DNA of 64,000 nt from Octopus vulgaris (lineage: Eukaryota): the NCBI GenBank assembly GCA_951406725.2, contig OX597829.1, forward strand, positions 58,696,711-58,760,710, written 5' to 3'. A program made the position numbers and the translations under genes. The notes below the pieces were generated by a model. The model worked only from the letters and a program-made list of their open reading frames with translations, was not told the DNA's origin and made no database searches. Shown here piece after piece: positions 43,058 through 56,540 of this stretch (position 1 is the first letter of the stretch; each line of letters starts with the position of its first letter).

Positions 43058-45665
43058 TGACCACCTCATCCCATGTCCTCCTGGGTCTACCTCTACCCTT
43101 GATTCCTTCAACTGTTTAGGAGTTGCACTTCTTCACACATCTCTCCTCATCCATCCATAATACATGACTAAACCAGCGCAGACGTCTCTCTTGCACGCCA
43201 CATCCGATGCTTCTTATGTCCAGCATTTCTCTCCGGGTGCTTACACTCTGTCGTGTATGCACACTGACATTACACATCCAGCGGATCATGCTAGCTTCAT
43301 ATCTTTCGAGCCCACGCATATCTTCAGCAGTCACAGCATATCTCCAGAGGTCTCGGTCTTTCGTCATTGCCTCTCTGAGGCCCAACGTTCGAAGGTCATG
43401 CTTGACCACCTCATCCCATGTCTTCCTCATCCCAACATCATAAGCGGAAAGTGTAACCTCTCGAAAGAGCTATTCTTTACTCCTGCTCCAGAGCGTCGGC
43501 TGAGGGGTCACTCCAAAAAGCTCTATCTGCGACGATTTCATCTCAAACGAAGGAGAGGGGCTTTCTCCGTCCGGGTTGCGGATCCGTGGAACAAGCTGCC
43601 GGACGAGATAGTGAAGATGCCGATGACCGCTCGGTTCGAAGTTTCCCTTGACCAGAAATGGCCTGAACTCTTTACATGAACACCACCCTGTACATAACTC
43701 CATGTCCCCCTACATGGCCTTGCTTTTTGCCTTTTGAGCCAAAAAATTAACTAACTAACTTCCTGGGTCTACCTCTACCCTGGATTCCTTCAACGGTTTG
43801 GGAGTGGCACTTCTTCACACATCTCTCCTCATCCATCCGTAGTACATCACCATACCAGCGCTGACGTCTCTCTTGCACACCACATCCGATGCTTCTTATA
43901 TCCAGTATTTCTCTCAGGGCGCTTACACTCTGTCGTGTGTGCACACTGACAAGTTAGTTAGTTAGTTAATTTTTTGTCTCAAAAAGCAAAAAGCAAGGCC
44001 ATGTAGGGGGACATGGAGTTATGTACAGGGTGGTGTTCATGTAAAGAGTTCAGGCCATTTGTGGTCAAGAGAGACTTTGAACCGAGCGGTCATCGGCATC
44101 TTCACTATCTCGTCCGGCAGCTTATTCCACGGATCCGCAACCCGGACGGAGAAAGCCCCTCTCCTTCGATTGAGATGAAATCGTCGCAGATAGAGCTTTT
44201 CGGAGTGACCCCGCAGCCGACGCTCTGGAGCAGGAGTGAAGAACAGCTCTTTCGAGAGGTTACACTTTCCGCTTATGATGTTGTGAGCAAGAATGAGATC
44301 ACAACGGCGTCGTCTAGGGGGACATGGAGTTATGTACAGGGAGGGTGTTCATGCAAAGAGTTCAGACCATTTCTGGTCAAGAGAGACTTTGAACAGAGCG
44401 GTCGTCGGCATCTTCACTATCTCATCCGGCAACTTATTCCACGGATCCGCAACCCGGACAGAGAAAGCTCCTCTCCTTCGATTGAGATGAAATCGTCGCA
44501 GATAGAGCTTTTCGGAGTGACCCCGCAGCCGACGCTCTGGAGCAGGAGTGAAGAACAGCTCTTTCGAGAGGTTACACTTTCCGCTTATGATGTTGTGAGC
44601 AAGAATGAGATCACAACGGCGTCGTCTAGGGGGACATGGAGTTATGTACAGGGAGGGTGTTCATGCAAAGAGTTCAGGCCATTTGTGGTCAAGAGAGACT
44701 TTGAACCGAGCGGTCATCGGCATCTTCACTATCTCGTCCGGCAGCTTATTCCACGGATCCGCAACCCGGACAGAGAAAGCTCCTCTCCTTCGATTGAGAT
44801 GAAATCGTCGCAGATAGAGCTTTTCGGAATGACTCCGCAGCCGACGCTCTGGAGCAGGAGTGAAGAACAGCTCTTTCGAGAGGTTACACTTTTTGCTTAT
44901 GATGTTGGGATGAGGAAGACATGGGATGAGGTGGTCGACCATGACCATCGAATGTTGGGCCTCAGAGAGGCAATGACGAAAGACCGAGACCTCTGGAGAT
45001 ATGCTGTGACTGCTGAAGATATGCGTGGGCTCGAAAGATATGAAGCTAGCATGATCCACTGGATGTGTAATGTCAGTGTGCATATACGACAGAGTGTAAG
45101 CACCCTGAGAGAAATGCTGGAATTAACAAGCAGCAGATGCGGTGTGCAAGAGAGACGTATGCGCAGGTATGGTCATGTACTGCGGATGGATGAGGAGAGA
45201 TGTGTGAAGAAGTGCCACTCCCAAACCGTTGAAGGAATCCAGGGGAGAGGTAGACCCAGGAAGACATGGGATGAGGTGGTCAAGCATGACCTTCGAACGT
45301 TGGGGCTCACTGAGGCAATGATGAAAGACCAAGAGCTCTGGAGATATGCTGTGACTGCATAAGATGTATATATATATATAAACATAGGATGAGGTGGTCA
45401 AGCATGACCTTCGAACGTTGAGGCTCACAGAGGCAATGACGAAAGACCGAGCCCTCTGGAGATATGCTGTGTCAGCTAAAGATATGCGTAGGCTCGAAAG
45501 ATATGAAGCTAGCATGATCCGCTGGATGTGTAATGTCAGTGTGCATATACGACAGAGTGTAAGCACCCTGAGAGAAATGCTGGACATAAGAAGCATCAGA
45601 TGTGGTGTGCAAGAGAGACGTCTGCCCTGGTGTGGTCATCTACCACAGATGGGTGAGGAGAGATT
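43058..45665. mobile_element. Rearranged RTE/CR1 LINE composite
   Basis: RTE (-) 43058-43432; CR1 3' end (+) 43433-43760 (RLRGHSKKLYLRRFHLKRRRGAFSVRVADPWNKLP); RTE (-) 43761-43950; three ~312-bp CR1 copies (-) 43951-44905; RTE (+) 44906-45665. Confidence 0.85.
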
Positions 45666-45944
45666 TATGCAAACATATATATAGTTATGTATATATCTAC
45701 ATATACATAGTTAAGTGGTTTCTGTGTTTATTGCATTGCTTTATCCCATCTTCTGTGGCTGTTTTTGATTGATTGATTCTAGTTTCAGCCCATGAGCTGT
45801 GGCCATGCTGGGGCACCGCCATTTAATTCACTGTATCGTGTTTTACTTTTAAATTAACCTTTTTGAAGCACAACATTTTATATGAATCTCTGGCAGTTTA
45901 CTTTGATTGTAGACATAATGTAATATGTATATATTTATGCATGT

Positions 45945-46720
45945 ACGTACATATATAGATACACACATACATACATACATACATACATACATACATACAT
46001 ACATACATACATACATACATACATACATACAAACATATATACATACATACAATCATATATTCATACATACATACATTCATATATTCATACATACATTCAC
46101 ATATTCATACATACATACATACACACATACATGCATACATACATTCATATATTCATACATACATGCATACATACAGACATACACACACATACATACATAC
46201 ATACATACACATATACATATATACATATATATATATATATACATACATTCATACATACATACATACACACATACATAGATATGTTCATACATACATACAT
46301 ACAAACATACATACATACATACAAACATACATACATACATACATACATACATTGATATATTCATACATACATGCATACATACATACATACACACACACAT
46401 GCATACATACAGACATACACACACACACACATACATACATACATACAGAAATACACACACACACATACATACATACATACATACATACACACACACACAT
46501 ACATACATACATGCACACATACATATATACATGCACACATACATACATACATATATTCATACATACATACAAATACACATACATACATACACACACACAT
46601 ACGTACACACACACACATACACATACATACATACATATATATTCATTCATACATACACACATGCACACACATACATACACATATATATACATACATACAC
46701 ATAACATATACACACATACA
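45945..46720. repeat. (ACAT)n/(CA)n microsatellite
   Basis: Directly visible. Confidence 0.95.
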
Positions 46721-46824
46721 CCCATGCAGCAATTGAGACGCCATACGTAACAACACAAAACATATTTATCACTTCTGGCCTCTTAAATTGATCTCTTGTA
46801 CTTTAAGAAAATCACATTCGTATC

Positions 46825-47647
46825 CTCTTTTACTCTTTTACTTGTTTCAGTCATTTGACTGCGGTCATGCTGGAGCACCGCCTTTAATCAAGCAACTCGA
46901 CCCCGGAACTTATTCTTTTTGTAAGCCCAGTACTTATTCTATGGCTCACTTTTAGCCGAACCGCTGAGTAACGGGGACGTAAACACACCAGCATCGGTTG
47001 TCAAGCAATGCTAGGGGGACAAGCACAGACACACAAACACACACACGTACACACAAATATATACTCATATACGACGGGCTTCTTTCAGTTTCCGTCTACC
47101 AAATCCACTCACAAGGCTTATATATATATATACTCTTTTACTCTTTTACTTGTTTCAGTCATTTGACTGTGGCCATGCTGGAGCACCGCCTTTAGTCGAG
47201 CAACTCGACCCCGGGACATATTCTTTTAGTAAGCCCAGTACTTATTCTATCGGTCTCTTTTGCCGAACCGCTGAGTAACGGGGACGTAAACGCACCAGCA
47301 TCGGTTGCCAAGCAATGCTAGGGGGACAAACACAGACACACAAACACACACACGTACACACAAATATATACTCATATACGACGGGCTTCTTTCAGTTTCC
47401 GTCTACAAAATCCACTCACAAGGCTTTATATATATATATATACTCTTTTACTCTTTTACTTGTTTCAGTCATTTGACTGCGGCCATGCTGGAGCACCGCC
47501 TTTTAATCGAGCAACTCGACCCCGGGACTTATTCTTTTTCTAAGCCCAGTACTTATTCTATCGGTCTCCTTTTGCCGAACCGCTAAGTAACGGGGACATA
47601 AACACACCAGCATCGGTTGTCAAGCAATGCTAGGGAGACAAACACAG

Positions 47648-47682
<35 letters not shown>

Positions 47683-48770
47683 CGACAGGCTTCTTTCAGT
47701 TTCCGTCTACCAAATCCACTCACAAGGCTTTGGTCGGCCCGATGCTATAGTAGAAGACACTTGCCCAAGGTGCCACGCAGTGGGACTGAAACCGGAACCA
47801 TGTGGTTCGTAAGCAAGCTACTTACCACACAGCCACTCCTACGCCTATATATATATACATATATACGACAAGCTTCTTTCAGTTTCCGTCTACCAAATCC
47901 ACTCACAAGGCTTTGGTCGGCCCGAGGCTATAATAAAAGACACTCGCCCATGGTGCCACGCAGTGGGACTGAACCCGGAAACATGTGGTTGGTAAACAAG
48001 CTACTTACCACACAGCCACTCCTGCACCTATATATATATACATACATATATATATATATATATATACAATGGGCTTCTTTCAGTTTCCATCTACCAAATC
48101 CACTCACAAGGCATTGGTTGGCCCGAGGCTATAGCAGAAGACACTTGCCCAAGATGCCACGCAGTGGGACTGAACCCGGAACCACGTGGTTGGTAAGCAA
48201 GCTACTTACCACACAGCCACTCCTGCGCCTATATATATATACATACATATATATACGACAGGCTTCTTTCAGTTTCCGTCTATCAAATCCACTCACAAGG
48301 CTTTGGTCGGCCCGAGGCTATAGTAGAAGAACACCCACCATGGTGCCACGCAGTGGGACTGAACCCGGACCCATGTGGTTGGTTAGCAAGCTACTTACCA
48401 CACAGCCACTCCTACGCCTATATATATATACGATGGGCTTCTTTCAGTTTCCGTCTACCAAATCCACTCACAAGGCTTTGGTTGGCCCGAGGCTATAGCA
48501 GAAGACACTTGCCCAAGGTGCCACGCAGTGGGACTGAACCCAGAACCATGTGGTTGGTAAACAAGCTACTTACCACACAGCCACTCCTATGCCTATATAT
48601 ATATATACATACATATATACGACGGGCTTCTTTCAGTTTCCGTCTACCAAATCCACTCACAAGGCTTTGGTCGGCCCGAGGCTATAGTAAAAGACACTCG
48701 CCCATGGTGCCATGCAGTGGGACTGAACCCGGAACCATGTGGTTGGTAAGCAAGCTACTTACCACACAGC
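46825..48770 (-). mobile_element. SINE family A: three tandem 3' halves and six tandem heads
   Basis: Family A consensus with (TA)n junctions. Confidence 0.85.
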
Positions 48771-49113
48771 CTGCCCTGTTATTCTGTATGTATTCAATAT
48801 TCTACTTTAAAACTCATTCACACATCGGATGTTTTCGCCCCCAAAACGTGATGAGTCATTAAAAATTCAGGACTGTGATATTTAATACATGATTGGTTAA
48901 ACGGCTCGATGACGGGGTATTTAACCGGGATGGGGGGGGGAAGCGTTTTGCCCAGCCATGTGTGTGTGTGTGTGCGTGTGTTTGTGTGTGTGTTTGCGGA
49001 TTGCATTTATGTCCGACAGACATACAATCGATTTGTGGAATGTTTATATATATATCAATATTTATATATAATGCACACACACATATATATATATATGTAT
49101 GTATGTATATATG

Positions 49114-49191
<78 letters not shown>

Positions 49192-49251
49192 AATATATAT
49201 AGGTATATATATGTAGATATATATATGTATATATGTATATATGTATATATA

Positions 49252-49287
<36 letters not shown>

Positions 49288-49289
49288 AC

Positions 49290-49585
49290 TTAGAATAACT
49301 TAGAAAGGTTTTGGCCAGTATTGGCCCAGGCCATGTCTAACTTAATAGCACCACCTGGCGAAGTCTTTCAGTTCAGGATTTGGGCACCAAGGCCCATTCG
49401 AGCAGAGAGTTATTGTTTGCGGAGACATATCCGGGTGTGGGTGGTTTGTCCGGTACAGTTTGAAGGAATTTGTCCAAAGACTTCTTGAATTTTGTGTGGT
49501 CAGTTTCTTTTTTGACGTGTCCTGGTGTAATGTTGAAGAGAGCAGGTCCAATTGAGGTGAAATAGTTGTGCCGTATTGTCGTTGT
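49290..49585 (-). mobile_element. 5'-truncated CR1/L2-group LINE 3' end
   Basis: TIRHNYFTSIGPALFNITP...FKKSLDKFLQTVPDKP...NNSLLEW; 3' UTR ggtggtgc...catggcc...(ttctaagt) tail. Confidence 0.8.
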
Positions 49586-49749
49586 GTATATATATTCAAA
49601 AATATAAGGAATGGCCATAATAGGACATTCGACTCACTAGAAAGAGCAGCCAAAGTTTTTGAATGTATATTATATAGTCTTTGACTATCATTTCTTTCTC
49701 GCTGGACCGCTGGTAGTGGAGAATTTTTTGCTACCCTTATATTTATTAA

Positions 49750-49798
<49 letters not shown>

Positions 49799-50024
49799 TC
49801 TTTACTCTTTTACTCTTTTACTTGTTTCAGTCATTTGATTGCCGCCATGCTGGAGCAGCGCCTTTAATCAAGCAACTCGAACACGGCACTTATTCTTTCG
49901 TGAGCCCAGTACTTATTCTATCGGTCTCTTTTGCCGAACCACTAAGTAACGGGGACATAAACACACCAGCATCGGTTGTCAAGCAATGCTAGGAGGACAA
50001 ACACAGACACACACACACACACAC

Positions 50025-50086
<62 letters not shown>

Positions 50087-50514
50087 GACGGGCTTCTTTC
50101 GGTTTCTGTCTACCAAATCCTCTCACAAGGCTTTAGTCGGCCCGAGACTATAGTAGAAGACACTTGCCCAAGGTGCCACGCAGTGGGACTGAACCCAGAA
50201 CCATGTGGTTGGTTAGTAAGCTACTTACCACACAGCATCTCCTGCGCCTAGTTTCAGAAATTAAACAGATGCCTGACACAGGATCCAACAGAAAAATACA
50301 CACACAACAAATTATGAACATTCTCAATATATATATACGCATACACATACACACACAAGTATATATACATTTTTTACATATATATATTAGATATGTGTGA
50401 TCAAAAGATGACTTCATCATAGGATGTAATGGATGTAACAGATATCAGAGAGGCGGGAAATTCTCATGGGGTGAAAATTTATGCCTTTTCAAAGCAAGCT
50501 ACTTATGCCAGTAT

Positions 50515-50515
50515 C

Positions 50516-50546
<31 letters not shown>

Positions 50547-50642
50547 TAATATTAATAATAATGATAATAATAATAAAAATACTAATAATAATAAAAATAA
50601 TAAATAATAACAATGATGATGATGATAATAATAATAATAATG

Positions 50643-50673
<31 letters not shown>

Positions 50674-50736
50674 TAATAAATAATAATAATAATAATGATA
50701 ATAAAAATAATAATAATGATAATAATAATAATATTA

Positions 50737-50767
<31 letters not shown>

Positions 50768-50783
50768 AAATAATAATAATAAT

Positions 50784-50814
<31 letters not shown>

Positions 50815-50841
50815 ATAATAATAATTATAATAATAATAATG

Positions 50842-50899
<58 letters not shown>

Positions 50900-51010
50900 A
50901 AATAATAATAATAATATTAATAATAATAATAATGATAATAATAATAATAATGATAATAATAATAATAATGATAATAATAATAATAATAATGATAATAATA
51001 ATAATAAATA
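50515..51010. repeat. (AAT)n microsatellite
   Basis: Directly visible. Confidence 0.95.
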
Positions 51011-51147
51011 AGGAGGTCAGATATCTAAGGATACTTTAGCGTATGTATGTATATATTCATATATATATGTGTGTATATATAGATATATATACATACATAC
51101 ATACATACATATATATATATATGTTTATATATGTATAAATATATATA

Positions 51148-51684
51148 TAGGCGTAGGAGAGGCTGTGTGGTAAATAGCTTGCTTACCAGCCACATGGTTC
51201 CGGGTTCAGTCCCACTGCGTGGCATCTTGGGCAAGTGTCTTCTGCTATAGCCTCGGGCTGACCAAAGCCTTGTGAGTGGATTTGGTAGACGGAAACTGAA
51301 AGAAGCCTCTTGTATATATATATGTACTCTTCTACTCTTCTTTTCTACTTGTTTCAGTCATTTGACTGTGGCCATGCTGGAGCAGCGCCTTTAATTGAGC
51401 AACTCGACCCCGGGACTTATTCTTTTGTAAGCCCAGTACTTATTCCATCGATCTCTTTTGCCGAACCGCTAAGTAACGGGGACATAAACACACCAGCATC
51501 GGATATCAAGCGATGCTAGGGGACAAACACAGACACACAAACACACACACGCATATATATATATATATATATATATCTCATATATATATATATATATACA
51601 CATATATACGACAGGCTTCTTTCAGACTGAACACGGATCCATGTGGTTGGTAAGCAAGCTACTTACCACACAGCCACTCCTATG

Positions 51685-51767
<83 letters not shown>

Positions 51768-51953
51768 TCATATGACGGGCTTCTTTCAGTTTCCGTCTAC
51801 CAAATCCACTCACAAGGCTTTGGTCGGTCCGGGGCTATAGCAGAAGACACTTGCCCAAGTTGCCACGCAGTGGACTGAACCCGGAACCATGTCGTTGGTA
51901 AGCAAGCTACTTACCACGCAGCCACTCCTACGCCTATATATATATATATGTGC

Positions 51954-51988
<35 letters not shown>

Positions 51989-52102
51989 AATATGTATATA
52001 TATATGTATATATATATACATATATACGACAGGCTTCTTTCAGACTGAACCCGGATCCATGTGGTTGGTAAGTGGGCTACTTACCACACAGCCACTCCTA
52101 TG

Positions 52103-52166
<64 letters not shown>

Positions 52167-52346
52167 CATATATATATATACTCATATGACGGGCTTCTTT
52201 CAGTTTCCGCCTACCAAATCCACTCACAGGCTTCGGTCGGCCTGAGGCTATAGCAGAAGACACTTGACCAAGTTGCCACGCAGTGGGACTGAACCCGGAA
52301 CCAGGTGGTTGGTAAGCAAGCTACTTACCACGCAGCCACTCCTACG

Positions 52347-52388
<42 letters not shown>

Positions 52389-52552
52389 TACGATGGGCTT
52401 CTTTCAGTTTCTTTCTACTAGATCTACTCACAAGGCTTTGGTCGGCCCGAGGCTATAGCAGAAGACACCTGCCCAAGGTGCCACGCAGTGGGACTGAACC
52501 CGGAACCATGTGGTTGGTAAGCAAGCTCCTTACCACACAGCCACTCCTACGC

Positions 52553-52586
<34 letters not shown>

Positions 52587-52980
52587 GGCTTCTTTCAGTT
52601 TCCGTCTACCAAATCCACTCACAAGGCTTTGGTCGGCCTGAGGCTATAGTAGAAGACACTTTCCCAAGGTGCCACGCAGTGGGACTGAATCCGGAACCAT
52701 GTTGTCGGTAAACAAGCTACTTACCACACAGCCACTCCTACACCTATATATATATATATATATATATATACGATTGGCTTCTTTCAGTTTCCATCTACCA
52801 AATCCACTGAAAAGGTTTTGGTTGGCCCGAGGCTATAGCAGAAGACACTTGCCCAAGTTGCCACGCAGTGGGACTGAACCCGGAACCATGTCGTTGGTAA
52901 GCAAGCTACTTACCACGCAGCCACTCCTACGCCTATATATATATATATGTGCGTATATATATATTTATATGTATATATAA

Positions 52981-53031
<51 letters not shown>

Positions 53032-53111
53032 TACGACAGGCTTCTTTCAGAGTGAACCTGGATCCATGTGGTTGGTAAGCAAGCTACTTACCACACAGCC
53101 ACTCCTATGCC

Positions 53112-53147
<36 letters not shown>

Positions 53148-53342
53148 TATATACGTACATATATATATATACTTATATGACGGGCTTCTTTCAGTTTCCG
53201 TCTACCAAATCCACTCACAAGGCTTCGGTCGGCCCGAGGCTATAGCAGAAGACACTTGCCCAAGTTGCCACGCAGTGGGACTGAACCCGGAACCATGTCA
53301 TTGGTAAGCAAGCTACTTACCACGCAGCCACTCCTGCGCCTA
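51148..53342. mobile_element. SINE family A array (mostly minus strand) with a repeated internally deleted variant
   Basis: The deleted form ggcttctttcag|actgaacccggatcc recurs at ~51615, ~52032 and ~53040. Confidence 0.85.
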
Positions 53343-53383
53343 TATATATATATATGTGCGTATATATATATAGGTATATATAA

Positions 53384-53432
<49 letters not shown>

Positions 53433-55175
53433 CACACACACTTGTTGTTGCGTGACTCAATGATGTATGGAACTACTAAAATAAATGGAATCTTCAAAAG
53501 ATGAAAAGACGTAGAAAATATGGGGAAAAGATCTATTGATCTGTTTTTTCTACTATATTTACCATTTTTACCTTTTTTTTTACCTTAGGCACTTTTTAGT
53601 ACTTAGAGTTCTGTTCCTTTATATTCTGAGATCAAATCCCTCCGGATCAACCATAAGTCAATCCTTTCAGAATTTGAAAAAAAAAATATGTATCAATTAT
53701 GTGGATTTTAGTATTTCATTCTCTCATAAACCCCTTCGTTACCAACCCGGCAGAAACTGTCTCTGGCTCTGAGTTCAAATGTCTTGTTTTCATAAGTTTT
53801 GAATTTATGTTCCTAACACTATCTAAATCGTAACTAAGTTATTTTACTAAATTCTTTGTTATATTTAACCCTGTTGATACCAACCCAAATGTAACCGGCT
53901 CTGGCTCTGAGTACAAATGTCTTGTTTTCATAAGTTTTGAATTAAAATCTTCCATCAAACCTTAGTCACAATTTATGTTCCTAACACTAGCTTAAGGATA
54001 ACTAAGTTATTTTACTAAATTCTTTGTTATATTTAACCCTGTTGATACCAACCCAAATGTAACCGGCTCTGGCTCTGAGTACAAATGTCTTGTTTTCATA
54101 AGTTTTGAATTAAAATCTTCCATCAAACCTTAGTCACAATTTATGTTCCTAACACTAGCTTAAGGATAACTAAGTTATTTTACTAAATTCTTTGTTATAT
54201 TTAACCCTTTTGATACCAACCCGACTGAAACCGGCTCTGGCTCTGAGTACAAATGTCTTGTTTTCATAAGTTTTGAATTAGAATCTTCCACCAAACCTTA
54301 GTCACAATTTATGTTCCTAACACTAGCTGAATTATAACTAAGATATCTTACTAAATTCTTTGTTATATTTAACCCTTTTGATACCAACCCGACTGAAACC
54401 GGCTCTGGCTTTGAGTACAAATCTCTTGTTTTCATAAGTTTTGAATTAAAATCTTCCACCAAACCTTAGTCACAATTTATGTTCCTAACACTAGCTTAGT
54501 GATAACTAAGTTATTTTACTAAATTCTTTGTTATATTTAACCCTTTTGATACCAACCCGACTGAAACCGGCTCTGGCTCTGAGTTCAAATGTCTTGTTTT
54601 CATAAGTTTTGAATTAAAATCTTCCACGAAACCTTAGTCACAATTTATGTTCCTAACACTAGCTTAATGGTAACTAAGTTATTTTACTAAATTCTTTGTT
54701 ATATTTAACACTTTTGATACCAAACCGACTGAAACCGTCTCTGGCTCTGAGTACAAATGTCTTGTTTTCATAAGTTTTGAATTAAAATCTTCCACGAAAC
54801 CTTAGTCACAATTTATGTTCCTAACACTAGCTGAATGATAACTAAGTTATTTTACTAAATTCTTTGTTATATTTAACAGTTTTGATACCAAACCGACTGA
54901 AACCGTCTCTGGCTCTGAGTACAAATGTCTTGTTTTCATAAGTTTTGAATTAAAATCTTCCACCAAACCTTAGTCACAATTTACGTTCCTAACACTAGCT
55001 GAATGATAACTAAGTTATTTTACTAAATTCTTTGTTATATTTAACCCTTTTGATTCCAATCCGACTGAAACCGGCTCTGGCTCTGAGTACAAATGTCTTG
55101 TTTTCGTAAGTTTTGAATTAAAATCTTCCACCAAACCTTAGTCACAATTTATGTTCCTAACACTAGCTTAATGAT

Positions 55176-55489
55176 CACTTTGATCACTTTGACCGACCAG
55201 TCCGTCAGGCGTCCATTTGACACCGCTGCTCACAGCACGCTGTCCACTCCTCTCTGGATTGCGCCTTTCTCATCCACGTGATCCCAATCATCCTCTTGAA
55301 ATCGTCACTCCATCGTCGTGGAGGTCTTCCGTGTGGTCTTTTCCGCTCATGCGGGTACCACTTTGCAACTGCGTGCGTCCACCGATTATCGGTGAGCTGG
55401 TCAACGTGTCCAGCCCATCTATACTTGCTGCGTGTATACTCTGCGATGACATGTCTCACGCAGGACTTCTTTCTGATGATGTTGCTTTG
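55176..55489 (-). mobile_element. 5'-truncated RTE LINE inserted in the satellite, 11-bp TSD agcttaatgat
   Basis: KYRWAGHVDQLTDNRWTHAVAKWYPHERKRPHGRPPRRWSDDF; (gatcaaagt)n tail; TSD at 55165-55175 and 55490-55500. Confidence 0.9.
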
Positions 55490-56229
55490 AGCTTAATGAT
55501 AACTAAGTTATTTTACTAAATTCTTTGTTATATTTAAAATTAATTGAAAGAAACACAGAGCATCTCAAAATAATTACAGTACCCAATTGAAATTGCTTCT
55601 GTCTCTGAGTACAAATGTCTTGTTTTCATAAGTTTTGAATTAATATCTTCCACCAAACCTTAGTCACAATTTATGTTCCTAACACTAGCTGAATGATAAC
55701 TAAGTTATTTTACTAAATTCTTTGTTATATTTAAAATTAATTGAAAGAAACACAGAGCATCTCAAAATAATTACAGTACCCACCTTAAACTGATTCTGTC
55801 TCGGATACAAATGTCTTGTTTTCATAAGTTTTGAATTAAAATCTTCCACGAAACCTTAGTCACAATTTATGTTCCTAACACTAGCTGAATGATAACTAAG
55901 ATATCTTACTAAATTCTTTGTTATATTTAACCCTTTTGATACCAACCCGACTGAAACCGGCTCTGGCTCTGGGTACAAATGTCTTGTTTTCATAAGTTTT
56001 GAATTAAAATCGTCCACGAAACCTTAGTCACAATTTATGTTCCTAACACTAGCTGAATGATAACTAAGTTTTTTTACTAAATTCTTTGTTATATTTAACC
56101 CTTTTGATTCCAATCCGACTGAAACCGTCTCTGGCTCTGAGTTCAAATGTCTTGTTTTCATAAGTTTTGAATTAAAATCTTCCACCAAACCTTAGTCACA
56201 ATTTATGTTCCTAACACTAGTTTAATGAT

Positions 56230-56540
56230 CACTTTGATCACTTTGACCGACCAGTCCGTCAGGCGTCCATTTGACACTGCTGGTCACAGCACGCTGTCCA
56301 CTCCTCTCTGGATCGCGCCTTTCTCATCCACGTGATCCCAATCGTCCTCTTGAAATCATCACTCCATCGTCGTGGAGGTCTCTGTGTGGTCTTTTCCGCT
56401 CATGCGGGTACCACTTTGCAATTGCGTGCGTCCACCGATTATCGGTGAGCTGGTCGACGTGTCCAACCCATCTATACTTGCTGCGTGTATACTCTGTGAT
56501 GACATCTCTCACGCAGGACTTCTTTCTGATGATCACTTTG
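56230..56540 (-). mobile_element. Second copy of the same RTE insertion at the same monomer position
   Basis: Same truncation point, tail and flanks, 1054 bp downstream. Confidence 0.9.

Noticed and set aside
44013-45362. 449-aa ORF as a host gene
   Set aside because: Composed of antisense CR1 tandem units fused to RTE RT sequence; reported only as a rearrangement.
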